A stretch of 63,192 bases of DNA, filler included, from Octopus bimaculoides (GCF_001194135.2; 7 parts of 6 records of this genome joined end to end with filler, not necessarily neighbours in it); one strand, 5' to 3'; shown: positions 28,598 through 42,738, numbered from the whole stretch's first letter. Program-made: numbers and translations. Notes: generated by a model not told the origin, from the letters alone.

Positions 28598-29349
28598 CAT
28601 TTTATTTATTTGTCACCAGGGTGTAGGATGAGGATGACAATGCAAAGACAGACACAAAGTGTTGGGGATTACATATAATGAAATGATATAAATAAATGAC
28701 AAAAAATAAGGAGTTATTATACACGGTATACAAAGAAAAGTAAGGGAAATATAGATAATACAAAAGCAAAACAATGAATGCAATACCGTGATTGGAATTA
28801 AACCTCCGGAAGCTAACATAACTCTAGCATTTATAACGCCGTATTAACGTGAGTTTTCGATCTCAATTAAGCTTCATATATCCTTATGTTATATTATAGT
28901 ATATGTAACCTTTACACGGCTGCATATGTTTCATCGCAAAATACAACAACAGTTCAGTATGAAGTTATGTTCTATTTTTTTTTTCGGATTCTTATGACTT
29001 TTTGAACTGTTGATACCCAGGAGGTACATCTAGAGGTCAATGTTGATTTTTCAGGTTATTTATACAGCTAAAAGAAAAAGAAGTTATAATTGTACTATTT
29101 AGTTATAGAAACTGAACACTTGGAAAATAATATGATAAATAATTCATGACAGTGTATCTCTGTTCTGTTGGGTGAGGCAGGAACGATCAAAATATTTTGA
29201 TTGCTTGTTTGAGAAGCATCAGAGTGTAACAAGAATAGTTTTAAGAAATATATGCACGCGTGTGCTTAAGAAGCTCGTTTTGCAATAAAGAACTTTCGGG
29301 TTCAGCCCCACAGCACGGAACCATGGCCTGATGAATTCTACTATAGCGT

Positions 29350-29692
29350 CGTGGCTGTGTGGTAAGAAGCTTGTTTCCAAACCACATGGTTCTGGATTTA
29401 GTCCCACTGCGGGGCATCTTGGGCAAGAAAATGTCTTCTACTATAGCAGCGGGCCGATCGAAGCCTTGTGAGTGGATTTGGAAGACGGAAACTGAAGAAG
29501 TCTGTCATATATACATATATATATATGTATGTATGTATGTATTGTGTCTGTGTTTGTTTAGGTCCCTGCAACTTAGCGGTTCGGTCAAAGAGACCGATGA
29601 AATAAATACTAGGCTTACAAAGAATTATGTCATGGGGTCGATTTGTCGACTTGTTCGACTAAATGCGGTGCTCCAGCATGGCCATAGTCAAA
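29350..29692 (+). mobile_element. SINE family A copy
   Basis: GTGGCTGTGTGGTAAGAAGCTTG head through GGTGCTCCAGCATGGCCATAGTCAAAT, matching 50700-51140. Confidence 0.8.
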
Positions 29693-29746
29693 TATATATA
29701 TATATACATACGCACACACACACGCACACACACATACATTTATAAA

Positions 29747-30018
29747 GGAGCACTCCGTCGGTTACGACGACGTGGGTCCTAACTGATACGGTTAACGACG
29801 TGTACCCTTAACGTAGTTCACAGGGAGATTCAGCGTGACACAGAGAGTGACAAGGCTGGCCCTTTGAAATACAAGTACTACTCATTTTTGCCAGCTGAGT
29901 TCGACTGGAGCAACGTGAAATGCATTGTCTTGCTTAAGGATACAACGCATCGCCGGGAATTGAACTCACGACCTAACGATCGTGAGCCGAATGCCCTAAC
30001 CACTAAGCCACATGCCTT
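29747..30018 (-). mobile_element. tRNA-derived SINE family C (distinct from A and B)
   Basis: The minus-strand head GGCATGTGGCTTAGTGGTTAGGGCATTCGGCTCACGATCG..GTGAGTTCAATTCCCGG has A and B boxes. It is followed by GTATCCTTAAGCAAGAC and a non-tRNA body. Confidence 0.75.
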
Positions 30019-31086
30019 TACACTTACACACACACACACACACACACATTTATATACATGTATATATATCTATATGTATATATATATACAGTATATATGG
30101 TAGGTTTACATGCTTTATCAGTTTTAATTGTATGTTATTGTTCCTCTGATTTCTCATTTCGCTTCATCATCTGCATTTATAATTACTACTTTTCAGAAAC
30201 TGCTCCTCCAGTTATAAACTTTGAAAAGAATAGTGACATAGCAAAGCCCTTCACTTCCCAAGCAGTATTTACAGTAATGAAAAACTATTGATCTGCGTAT
30301 ATATAATCGATTGAGAGTTATTGATTTTGTTTCATTATGTACAAAATAAAAATCTAATTATTTTTCTGAAATTTTAATGATGAAATATTGTTTGGCGAGA
30401 GAATTTACGAGCTGATTAGTTCGATTAATTGTGCCCTTCTCACAGTGACAACTATTTCATATATCACTAACCCTTTCATTTACTCCTTGAGTCAATAAAG
30501 TTTTCATTTATTCAATTGTGTTTAGTGCTGTAAACAACGTTTGATTTACAAACAACGGGAATTTGAAATTATCTTCTCTAAATATAGTCTATGAAGTGAA
30601 TAAAAACTAGGAATTTTCGGCAAATGTTGGGATTTCCTTATATTACGGCATTACGGAATGAATCTGTCTTGTATTGTGTTCCGGATTCTGTATTATCTGA
30701 ATATTAAATCCTTTAAGAGGATAAAGTTCTTCCCTAGATTCCTTACCGAGATTTTGATAATCTTTGAAAACTTTTCTCTGTATTTGGTATCAAAATTCAT
30801 GAAAAAATATGATTTATTCGAAACCAAATCTCAAGAAATTGTGAGAATGTTGTTAACTACATATTCAGATAAATTTCTGTCTTCGTATGAAATATAGAAA
30901 GATAAATATTTAAATCTGGTTTTATACAAAGGATATTGACAGTAAAAATGTCTAACTTCGTTGCTCTGAAATAAAATAAGATCAAAACACTGGTTATGTG
31001 AAGCACCGATGTAGTGTATGGGTTTTCTAGGAGTGGCGTTTACAACGTTAGATTATTTCACAAGAAGGGTCACACAGTGCATGCAC

Positions 31087-31128
<42 letters not shown>

Positions 31129-31345
31129 NNNNNNNNNNNNNNNNNNNNNNNNNNNNNNNNNNNNNNNNNNNNNNNNNNNNNNNNNNNNNNNNNNNNNNNN
31201 NNNNNNNNNNNNNNNNNNNNNNNNNNNNNNNNNNNNNNNNNNNNNNNNNNNNNNNNNNNNNNNNNNNNNNNNNNNNNNNNNNNNNNNNNNNNNNNNNNNN
31301 NNNNNNNNNNNNNNNNNNNNNNNNNNNNNNNNNNNNNNNNNNNNN

Positions 31346-31378
<33 letters not shown>

Positions 31379-31379
31379 A

Positions 31380-31632
31380 TTACTCTTTTACTTGTTTCAG
31401 TCATTTGACTGCGGCCATACTGGAGTACCGCCTTTAGTCGAGCAAATCGACCCCAGGACTTATTCTTTGGAAGCCTAGTACTTACGGGGGCGTAAACGCA
31501 CCACCATCGGTTGTCAAGCGATGTTGAGGGGACAAACACAGTCACACAAACATATATACACACACATACACATATATACATATATACGACGGGCTTCTTT
31601 CAGTTTCCGTCTACCAAATCCACTCACAAGAC
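31380..31632 (-). mobile_element. SINE family A, 3' portion
   Basis: TACTCTTTTACTTGTTTCAGTCATTTGACTGCGGCC.. matches the reverse complement of the family A tail and body. Confidence 0.8.
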
Positions 31633-32639
31633 TTGTTTGAAAAGGAAATCCGAGCCTGCAAGTAAGTTGGGGGCAGATTTCCTTTCTACCAATGCAAAGA
31701 CACTATCTCTCCACAAGAACGTTTAAATAAAGAAATTTTTTTCATCGAAAAATACAGAACACGTCTTAATATGCACGCATAAATACTTTTATCTTTTTAC
31801 ATATTTCAATTCACGATTACATCACCTTTTTGTGTGTGTGTGTGTGTGTGCACATGNNNNNNNNNNNNNNNNNNNNNNNNNNNNNNNNNNNNNNNNNNNN
31901 NNNNNNNNNNNNNNNNNNNNNNNNNNNNNNNNNNNNNNNNNNNNNNNNNNNNNNNNNNNNNNNNNNNNNNNNNNNNNNNNNNNNNNNNNNNNNNNNNNNN
32001 NNNNNNNNNNNNNNNNNNNNNNNNNNNNNNNNNNNNNNNNNNNNNNNNNNNNNNNNNNNNNNNNNNNNNNNNNNNNNNNNNNNNNNNNNNNNNNNNNNNN
32101 NNNNNNNNNNNNNNNNNNNNNNNNNNNNNNNNNNNNNNNNNNNNNNNNNNNNNNNNNNNNNNNNNNNNNNNNNNNNNNNNNNNNNNNNNNNNNNNNNNNN
32201 NNNNNNNNNNNNNNNNNNNNNNNNNNNNNNNNNNNNNNNNNNNNNNNNNNNNNNNNNNNNNNNNNNNNNNNNNNNNNNNNNNNNNNNNNNNNNNNNNNNN
32301 NNNNNNNNNNNNNNNNNNNNNNNNNNNATATAAAGTTGTTGTATATTGTCAACTTAATGTGACAATCCCAATAAGGGAATATACTACTGCTGTTTAGCCC
32401 TAGGAAGCTGGACCGCTTCCTGTCGGCCTTGACACAATTACTGTGTCCTTATGCTTGCGAGGGGGAGACAAACTCCTCCACCCAGCCTAGTTAGCATTCT
32501 GGGTTCTATGTAGTTAACAGTAGCTAGTTTGATAGGAATTCTTATCTTTGATATATGTATGTATGCATGTATGTATGTATGTATGTATGTATGTATGTAT
32601 GTATGTATGTATGCATGTATGTATGTATATATATATTTG

Positions 32640-33035
32640 TCTCGCATTCACATCTAACTCGCGTTCAAAAAAGTAATTTTTCTATCGTCTTGGCCTAACA
32701 GCCCTTACCGTTTGTTTTCACTGTCTTGTCTTGTTTTTACTATCTTTTACTGTCTTGTTCTCATTCTCCTGTTCTTGTTAACACTTTCACCCCCCGCAAA
32801 AAATTCCAAATTATATTTAATTTGCTTTGCGGGAAGGACTGTTCCAAGGAAGTCACGTATTGTGCTTGCCTTCGAAACGCGGAGTAGATGGAACAGGGAC
32901 AACTGACGAAGGGATATACTCTTTATGTTGCATGTCTCGTTTCTCTGTTTGTTTTTTTCGTAGTTCGAAAAACGTTCGTTTTCTGCTTTCGTTTCTCATT
33001 GTGTTTAACGTTATTTTGTGATGTCCTGTAGCCAT
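32640..33035. repeat. Unclassified interspersed repeat with hammerhead-like core words
   Basis: More complex than the flanking microsatellites. It contains a hairpin followed by CGAAACGCG (32873-32881) and CTGACGA (32903-32909). Repeat status is inferred from recall only. Confidence 0.3.
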
Positions 33036-33129
33036 ATATGCATGTATGCATACCTATAGATGTAGGTATGTACATATATGTATGGATAAATGCATATGTT
33101 TATATATTATTTGTCAGTTTAGTAAAGTT

Positions 33130-33350
33130 TACTCCCTTTACTCTCTTTACTCTTTTACTTGTTTCAGTCATTTGACTGCGGCAATGCTGGAGCACCGCCT
33201 TTAGTCGAGCAAATTGACCCTAGGACTTATTCATTGTAAGCGTAGTACTTATTCTATCGACCTCGTTTGCCGAACCGCTAGTTTACGGGGACGTAAACAC
33301 ACCAGCATCGGTTGTCAAGCAATGTTGGGGGGCGGCAAACAGAGACACAC
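33130..33350 (-). mobile_element. SINE family A, 3' portion, running into a gap
   Basis: Same tail and body as 31380 and 48045. Confidence 0.8.
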
Positions 33351-34506
33351 NNNNNNNNNNNNNNNNNNNNNNNNNNNNNNNNNNNNNNNNNNNNNNNNNN
33401 NNNNNNNNNNNNNNNNNNNNNNNNNNNNNNNNNNNNNNNNNNNNNNNNNNNNNNNNNNNNNNNNNNNNNNNNNNNNNNNNNNNNNNNNNNNNNNNNNNNN
33501 NNNNNNNNNNNNNNNNNNNNNNNNNNNNNNNNNNNNNNNNNNNNNNNNNNNNNNNNNNNNNNNNNNNNNNNNNNNNNNNNNNNNNNNNNNNNNNNNNNNN
33601 NNNNNNNNNNNNNNNNNNNNNNNNNNNNNNNNNNNNNNNNNNNNNNNNNNNNNNNNNNNNNNNNNNNNNNNNNNNNNNNNNNNNNNNNNNNNNNNNNNNN
33701 NNNNNNNNNNNNNNNNNNNNNNNNNNNNNNNNNNNNNNNNNNNNNNNNNNNNNNNNNNNNNNNNNNNNNNNNNNNNNNNNNNNNNNNNNNNNNNNNNNNN
33801 NNNNNNNNNNNNNNNNNNNNNNNNNNNNNNNNNNNNNNNNNNNNNNNNNNNNNNNNNNNNNNNNNNNNNNNNNNNNNNNNNNNNNNNNNNNNNNNNNNNN
33901 NNNNNNNNNNNNNNNNNNNNNNNNNNNNNNNNNNNNNNNNNNNNNNNNNNNNNNNNNNNNNTATATATATATATGATTGGTTCTTTGGTGTAAGTGTGTG
34001 TATGTGTGTGTGTGTGAGACAGAGAGAGAGAGAGAGAGTATTGAGAAAAGGCATGAAATCAATAATCATACAAGGAAAACATCAAAAATGTGCAAACCAA
34101 TAATTCTTGTTAATCATATCATTAGGATAAATGTTGTGACAAAACCAGATGACTATATCAAAATATAGAATAATGGAGGTGTTTATTAAACACCCGCAGG
34201 TTTCTATAAATGTGTGTATATGTAAATGTGTGTCTATGTGTGTACACACACACACGCGTAGACTAGTACACACACACACATGCACACACTCACACGCGCG
34301 CAAAACACACATATTCACACGCATATAAAGAAGCATAAGCATTTCTGTAAAAAAAAACTATATATAGGACTATATGCATATATATATATATATACATATA
34401 TATACATACACAAACATATCTATAAGCATATATGTATACACATAGTTACGTACATATACATATATAGAAGCATATATACATGAAATAAATATGTTTGTAA
34501 ATATGT

Positions 34507-34569
<63 letters not shown>

Positions 34570-35088
34570 TGTGTGTGTATACATACATCTGTTTGTGTAT
34601 ACATTTATGTATGTATCTATCTGGATTTTATATATATATATATATGTATACATACACACAGATACATCTACAGATATAGATACAGGCATATACGCACTCG
34701 CACATGCATGCACATTCTTATGTACATGTATATGTGTGTGTGTATGTGCCTGTGTGTGTTATGTGTGTTTGTGTGTATTTTTATGTATCGCTGAGATTTA
34801 GTGCGAGAGTGCGCGCGCGCATGTGCTTGCGTGCGTACGAACCTTTGTGCCTGTGTGTCTATGAGGTTGTATATAGTGAGGAGCAACTGTAAATCAGATA
34901 GCAACCCGATAGCATCATAAAATATCCTCAACCTCACCATAGAACATTTGAATGGAAAATCGATGGAACATATGCCTGCCATAGAAAAATGATAAAAAAC
35001 AGAAAACAAAACAAAAAAAAAAATCCTATACTTAAAAGGCCAGTAGAGAATATTTAAAGCACATAAAGAACTTGTGCAATGCAGAGAG

Positions 35089-35129
<41 letters not shown>

Positions 35130-36458
35130 CGCATGTATATATGTATATAGACAAGCGTCATATACGCTGCTTTTGTTTTGCCATGAAAGTTTGATATATA
35201 ACAATATTATAATATAAATATTGAAAAAAAAAGTATATGATTATTTCTCGCATAGTCATGATTAATGAATATGTGCCAAATTGGTGTGAGCCTTTGAAAG
35301 GGCTATCCATCAACTTCTGATATGAAAATGTGAGGGTTTGGCGTTAGCAATTCTTGTCGATGTAAATTTGAGTCGTAAGTGAAATATACACATTCAGGAT
35401 TCGAAATCGGATCTCGGTTTCTGCCCTGTAGAAGCATACTGCCTAGGCTATACGAGTATTTTGTACTACGGGTTAAGGAGTAGTTAAGACTTTAAATTAA
35501 GTGAAATGCTATTATAAGACATATTGGATGTGTATTTGAATACGATTTAATTGAACATATTTTTAGTAACAACCAAGAAATAGCTATTTCTTGATCAATT
35601 TATTTAAGTAACCTTGTTATTATGGTCATATGATGTAATTTCTCTTGTCTTTTCAACTATAGTCAGTGGAAAGTAGCCGAAATCAGATTGAAATGAATGT
35701 GAACAATTAAAAGCAAACACACGATCTCGGATTAGTCACAATATATTCATGTTCGTCAATAACTTAAAATATGGCGACTTTTGTAAGCATATTTCGACAA
35801 GTGACATTTATCTATTCGATCTAAAGCGTTGCAGGCTCTTGGTTAACTTCATCGGAAATGAGCTCGACTCGATGAAGCCCTGTGAAAGAATTTGGCACAA
35901 AAGTCTAATTATGAAAAATTCCCTTCACATACAATATCACCTTCGGGAATATCACGAAGAAGGTAAACAGGAGAGATATTAGAATACCCCATTCTTGCCA
36001 ATATCGGAAATTACTTTAACCAAAGAGGAAAGGAATATATTAACTTCTTGAAAAGGGCGACTGGAAACTAACGGAGATCGTATTAATTTATAAACATGTC
36101 ATTATTGTTATAAGTAATATTAAATAAACGTTAACACAACCGAAAGTGAATGATTGGTGTCCCGTTATTGATGTGGCCCGTATAGTTATAATACAATCAA
36201 GAATATTTAGTATTCCTTCTTCAAGGAGTTAGATAACTGATGTATACGAAATAATATGGGTTCCTGGCATAATCACAAAACCTGAAATTTGCAAGATGGG
36301 TTTTCGTCAATATAAATACAGCTGAGTTGCTGACTGGTACTTTCTTTTTTAGTGTCTGAAACACTGAATATATATATATATATATATTGCAAATTTTAGA
36401 GGTAATACTTGATAAGTGTAAGCACCTGTATATGCCAGATAGTGGCTGAGGTGAAAGA

Positions 36459-36586
36459 ATATATTAAAACGTAAAATGAAAACAAAACACAAAGGATTCC
36501 GCGGTACACGTGTTTCAAGCTTTATACACAAACAGTCGTTGCATCATTATATGAGTATTTTGTTTTCATTTTACGTTTTAATATAT
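36459..36586. repeat. Perfect 29-bp inverted repeat with a 70-nt spacer
   Basis: ATATATTAAAACGTAAAATGAAAACAAAA (36459-36487) and its exact reverse complement (36558-36586). Confidence 0.9.
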
Positions 36587-37798
36587 ATATATATATTCCC
36601 TTCTCCGATTGCTAGATGTCCCTTAAATTTGTAATCTTGATTGTTGATATGACATAGTATGTCATAAGTGTCTGTATATTTTCTTTATTGACATTTTGGT
36701 TATAAAGTAAACAGATTAATCAACAGAGTACAGTGTCTGCAAGTTGATGAGCACCTCATATTCCACTCCATTTTCTTATTGCTATATAAATTTAGGGTAA
36801 AAAAACCCTTTTACCCGCACCCACTTATTACACTTGGTATAACACTAGTGTAACAATAATTGGGTACCCTCCCAGCAGTATATTGGATAGATATTATCCC
36901 TTAGTTNNNNNNNNNNATATATATAACTTGATAATACTAAAACTCTAGGGATGTTTGTGCGTAACTGAAATATCTCAGAAATAGTACGTTTTATCGTAAT
37001 ATTTTTTACGTATTTATTTTCGCACTTACCTTCGGCATTGCCGTACAAAGTTTTGAGACATTTAAACAATTAAACACAATTTTTGTTATTTCTTGATGAG
37101 AAAAAAAAAATACATGGCTTCCATGACGTCAACACACATACACACATACCGAATACACAAACATATAATGAATGTCATGGTGTATAAATACACACAGACA
37201 GGTTCGCTATCTGTGACATATACACACACATAGTCTTCGCGCTCTCTAAGAAAAGAAAAAAAAACCGTTGACTTCTTCACGTACACAATATTTTAATCAT
37301 TTAGAAATATTTTTAACTGAATGTGATTTCATCATCCGGAGTTCGTTAATTTCCGTAAATTTTATTTATTTATTTATTTACTCTTCTTTTAAAGTGAAAG
37401 AGAGGAGAAAGTGAAAGAAAGTGAAATATAATTTCAATAACAACGGGTTCCCATATAATTTTTGAAAATTAACCGAGCATGAGACCTTTTCAAAAGAAAC
37501 AAAGACGAGAACATATACATGTGTGTGTATGTATGTATGTATGTATGTATGTATGTATGTATGTATGTATGTATGTATGTATGTATGGGTGGGGCCCAAT
37601 TCTGAAATATGGACGTATGTTGCTGGTGGCCAATCTATAAATATTGTGAAGCCCAGTGTATTGATTTGCTCAGAGGCCTATGATACTTTTCACATGGTNN
37701 NNNNNNNNNNNNNNNNNNNNNNNNNNNNNNNNNNNNNNNNNNTTAATTAATTAANNNNNNNNNNNNNNNNNNNNNNNNNNNNNNNNNNNNNNNNNNNN

Positions 37799-37842
<44 letters not shown>

Positions 37843-39064
37843 TTATTTATATATACGTAACATAGATGTAAATGCAAATATATTTATATACATATGCAAA
37901 TATATGTAAATACATATTTTAATATACAAGTACACATGTATGGTCATTATCTATCTATCAATCAATCAATCTACCTTTTTATTCTGTAGATGTGATGATA
38001 TGCTACATATATATACATATATATATATATGTATATATATATATACATATAAGCAAAATATATGGCATCTTAATAATAAAAATATATGTCTGTCAGAGTA
38101 AGTATATGGTCTCTGTGTGTGTGTGTGTGTGTATATCGTTCTTATAGATATAATAGATATATAGATATATCGATAACTCACGGGGCCTGGTGTCGCTGTA
38201 GTAAGGAAGTTCCCTGGAAAAAAATGTAGTATCAATGGATATCATTCATATGAAATCTATCTATAGGATCTGATGTCTCTAGTGTGGCACACTCGATAGA
38301 AGGGACATATTACTAGATGGAGTATGAGAAAGAGATGGGGGTGAAAGAGTGGTAGTGTGAGAGAGAGGGTGAAGGGACAGAGGGACAGTATATAATGTGA
38401 GAGAGGGAGGAAAACAAGGTATAAGTGAGGGGGGGGGAGAACAAGGCGTAAGATGAGAGAGGGAGAAAAAGAAAGAGAATTAGAGAGAACATAGGAAAGA
38501 GAGAGAGAGAAAGGGAAATTTGAAGGAAGGGCTCGCAGGATGCGGAGAGGAAGGAGTGGCAAACGGCGAAGGGGTGAGAGTGGAAGCAGATAAATAGATA
38601 GATAGATAGAAGCGCGTGAAGAAAGAGAGGGAAGGATAGGACATGAAGAAGAAAAGGAAAGCTTGACGATTATATATATATATATACACTGAGAGAGAGA
38701 GAGAGAGAGAGAGAGNNNNNNNNNNNNNNNNNNNNNNNNNNNNNNNNNNNNNNNNNNNNNNNNNNNNNNNNNNNNNNNNNNNNNNNNNNNNNNNNNNNNN
38801 NNNNNNNNNNNNNNNNNNNNNNNNNNNNNNNNNNNNNNNNNNNNNNNNNNNNNNNNNNNNNNNNNNNNNNNNNNNNNNNNNNNNNNNNNNNNNNNNNNNN
38901 NNNNNNNNNNNNNNNNNNNNNNNNNNNNNNNNNNNNNNNNNNNNNNNNNNNNNNNNNNNNNNNNNNNNNNNNNNNNNNNNNNNNNNNNNNNNNNNNNNNN
39001 NNNNNNNNNNNNNNNNNNNNNNNNNNNNNNNNNNNNNNNNNNNNNNNNNNNNNNNNNNNNNNNN

Positions 39065-39096
<32 letters not shown>

Positions 39097-39673
39097 CAAA
39101 GGTGGAAGCAGGAACAATTGGGAAGATGTCTTGTCTTTTTATTTTTTATTTTAACTTTTGTCTATAGTAGCTTCTGTCTATAGATGTCGTTGTTTGTCTT
39201 TTCCTCTACTGCTGTTGCTGCGGATTCTGCTCTGACTGCTTGATGCAGTCATCAATTAATTCTTTCCCATTCGGTCACTTTTCGTTTGTGTTACGTCCTG
39301 GATGTGGTGGCGGTGGCGGTGGTGCTGTTAGTGGTGATGGTAGTGAGGGGGTGGGTTTTTTGCCCTTGGTCATTCCTGCTTGAGCAGGCTTTATTATTTA
39401 TGGTGAGAGACATTCCAACCGTGACCAACTTGTCATTTTTTCCAGTGTACAGAGAACCCAGCACCACCGTTATCCGGTAGGAATGTGATTTGAGGGAAAT
39501 TTTGTTTCCTATATCTAGCATGTCCAGAGACCACGTAGAGGTTCTCTTAGCGGTGGTGGTGATGGTCACCGTGGTGATTGGGGTGATGGTGGTGTTGGCG
39601 GTAGTGATGATGATGATAAGGAGGAGGAGGAGGTTCCTCATGAGGTGATCGAGATCAATTGCAATATAAATCT

Positions 39674-39709
<36 letters not shown>

Positions 39710-39711
<2 letters not shown>

Positions 39712-40045
39712 CGTTTCTGCTGTAGGCACATGGCCTGAAACTATGGGGGAGGGGGATAGTCGATTACATCGACCCCAGTCCTCAACTGGTACTTATTTTA
39801 TCGACCTCGAAAAAAGATGAAACGTAAAGTCGACATCGTCGGAATTTGAACTCAGAACATAATGTCAGACGAAAGAAATGCTCCTAAGCATTTCGCCCGG
39901 CGTGCTAATGATTCTGCCACTGGGGGACACTGTTGACTCCAGTATTTGAATGGTATTTTAATCTATCGACCCTAAAGATCAAAAGACGCAGTTGACCTTG
40001 GTGGGATTCGAACTCGCTAGTATCAAACGATTCAGCCAATCCACC
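39710..40045 (-). mobile_element. Family B SINE plus an adjacent degenerate copy
   Basis: GTCGATTACATCGACCCCAG..CTGGTACTTATTTTATCGAC..ATTTGAACTCAGAAC..GCATTTCGCCCGGCGTGCTAATGATTCTGCC. Confidence 0.75.
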
Positions 40046-40689
40046 ATCAGAAGAAGAAGAAGAAGAAGAAGAAGAAGAATGAGGAATTGAATTTCTTTTA
40101 TTTGCCACAAGGACTACATATGAGAGAACATTACATTGACAGATTACAAAATTGTGTCGAGTTTTACACATAAATTCAAAGAAAAGTTGGAAAAGAAAAG
40201 TGAAATTGAAAAGAAATTGAAAATGAAATTCTATACATTGTACAAAATTTTTTAATGTTCTTAGAAAAGGATATTGGCCTAAGAACAATCGAAGAATCCC
40301 ACTGATCCGATGTTACTATGGCAATCAATGGCATCAAAAGGACCAGCCTGCTCCCCTCTTTCCTCCTGTTCGGCGAGTACCNNNNNNNNNNNNNNNNNNN
40401 NNNNNNNNNNNNNNNNNNNNNNNNNNNNNNNNNNNNNNNNNNNNNNNNNNNNNNNNNNNNNNNNNNNNNNNNNNNNNNNNNNNNNNNNNNNNNNNNNNNN
40501 NNNNNNNNNNNNNNNNNNNNNNNNNNNNNNNNNNNNNNNNNNNNNNNGCACTTAAAAGATTTTGGTGCCCCCATAAAAGATTATGTAATTCAAAATATAA
40601 ACAATAACAAACCATAAAATAAATTTTCATTTTTCGAAACGAAACAAAACAATAGGGAAAATAATGTTTATTTTTGTATACTTCCACTT

Positions 40690-42340
40690 TATTTATATTT
40701 GAAAAGTTTCCTCAAAATTAATCTTAGGTAACACATCTGCATCTATACTTCGTAGAGATAAAAGCATCACGAATAATATTTTAGCAAATTTAAAGTAATA
40801 TATTTTGTGCCGTAAACCATTTACCATTTCTGTTGCGGCCCCTCCTTTCCTTGATGCCCTCAGCACGTGCTTATTTTGCTTAATGGTTAATGCAGCGCTG
40901 TCCTTGATAGTGTTACGAATCCCCAACTTTCACGACTGGGTGTCTTCCAGCCAGCGCCCAAATGCCAAAGACAAAGTAATACTGATTTAGTCAGGTATGT
41001 AGAAGTACAGTTCATAAGGCAGACCATGCTAACCCATCGATTTCTCTCTCACCAAGAGGAACGTTCGACACGTCCGCCACATCACAGAACTCCATCTCTC
41101 TGATCCAAAGTTGCAGCAGAACACCGAAATAGGCATCGAATTTTTACAGTCTTAGTCTGCTGTTTCTCGAGAACAGTCCACAAAGTGCTGCTCGAAAAAC
41201 TGTACATATTTGTTAAGTATCAGATAGCTCGCGTCTGATGCAATTTCCCAGGAATATACCATAATTTGTGAATCTACAGCTTCGCTGAACTCAGACATAC
41301 TGGCTGTTTGGGTCTTCAAATTAACTTCCTGTCTTTGCGTCCAAGGTTGAACAATGCATCCTCCATGTTTCGCATCGAAAAAATTGGCCAAGGGCCATTC
41401 TCGCCGTTAGCATGTCATTTGCGATGTCTCTTCCATGAAGCTCTTTTAAATGACTAAATTTATATTCTTTGCAGCTCATTCTTTAAGCTAACAGAATATA
41501 CTATAATTTTCCCCTTTAGAGGGCCCCATTTGCTGTTATTGATGATGGTCTGTCAATAACCACTTGATCAGTTCGCTAATCCTTGACATTTTTTCAAAAC
41601 GGAAAGAGACGTTCAGCTTCCTTGTCTAAGTTGACAGTATGTCGTCCGTGTAACCAACTATCCAAAAACTGTGAACAACTTACGCTAGGCCTTTCTACTA
41701 ACCTGACGAAAATTCTAATTACGATTTAAGTGATCTGATATGGTTTGTCTACGTCCACGTTAGTGCATTTGGGAAATCTAGATGAAGCCTGTCAGACACT
41801 ACTTGAGCAAGTTTACGAAGCTTTTATACCCACTCTTCCATTAGATTCTCTTCTCACACACAATCCTTGCGTTAATCCAAGATTCTATCCCAATTACTAT
41901 TTAATACTATTGAACAACTTATTCCTACAAACGTCGTTTAACGTCCATAGAAATCCGACTACCCAGTTGCTTTCGGTGCGTAGTCAGTTACAAAGTAACG
42001 TACATTTGTACCACCTATTCTCAGTGCGGCTATTCCAGGAGGATAAGAAACTATTTTAAAATTGTGTTTGGTATCACTTACCCTCCTCTTGAGTTAACCT
42101 GTTTTAGGAACTCTTGAAAGGGCCTTCCAACACACACGGGTCCAGGATATTTATTTAAAACCCTTACATGTGAGAAACGTTTGATAAGGGAGTCAAAGCA
42201 TTTTTTTCTTTTGTCTTTGAGGAGGCGTGATCATCAAAAGCTTCCACCTTTTTCAGAGATTTTAACCTCGTGTATTTGGACAAATTTCTCAACTCTTCGT
42301 TCTCCAGTTGAAGAAAGACGAGTTGAAGGATTCAATAATG
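40690..42340 (-). mobile_element. Decayed Tx1/L1-clade LINE fragment (AP endonuclease and reverse transcriptase remnants)
   Basis: Manual minus-strand translation near 42050-41700 gives ..RYFVTDYAPKATG*SDFYGR*TTFVGISCSIVLNSNWDRILD..DRLHLDFPNALTWT*TN, which is APE-like (VYAP, GDWN motifs). The RT catalytic-like GYTDD is at 41641-41655. A downstream RKGG..GLRHKIY segment follows. Many stops and large deletions. Confidence 0.65.
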
Positions 42341-42479
42341 GGTTGTTGCTGCTGTGGTAGCTTTTGTTTCTACTTTTCTTGTTGTTTTCTCTTTTCTTGT
42401 TGTGTCTGTTGTAGCTTCTTCTTCTTATTCTGCTGCTGCTGTTATCGTCGCCGTCGTATATAGGCTTGTTGTATATATA

Positions 42480-42663
42480 TTTTTATTCTTTTACTTGTTT
42501 GTCATTTAACTGCGGCCATGCTGGAGCACTGCCTTTAGTTGCGCAAATCGACCCCAGGACTTATTCTTTGTATTCTGTCGGTTCCTTTCGCCAAACTGCT
42601 AAGTTACGAGGACATAAACACACCAGCATTGGTTGTCAAGTGATGCTTAGGGGACAAACATAT

Positions 42664-42738
<75 letters not shown>

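Noticed and set aside
38257-39117. Leu/Pro/Ser-rich 286-aa ORF
   Set aside because: It is a translation of a degenerate GA-rich tract plus a gap.
39291-39731. Thr-rich, mucin-like 146-aa ORF
   Set aside because: Built largely from degenerate (ACC/ATC/ATT)n repeats, with no splice or homology support.
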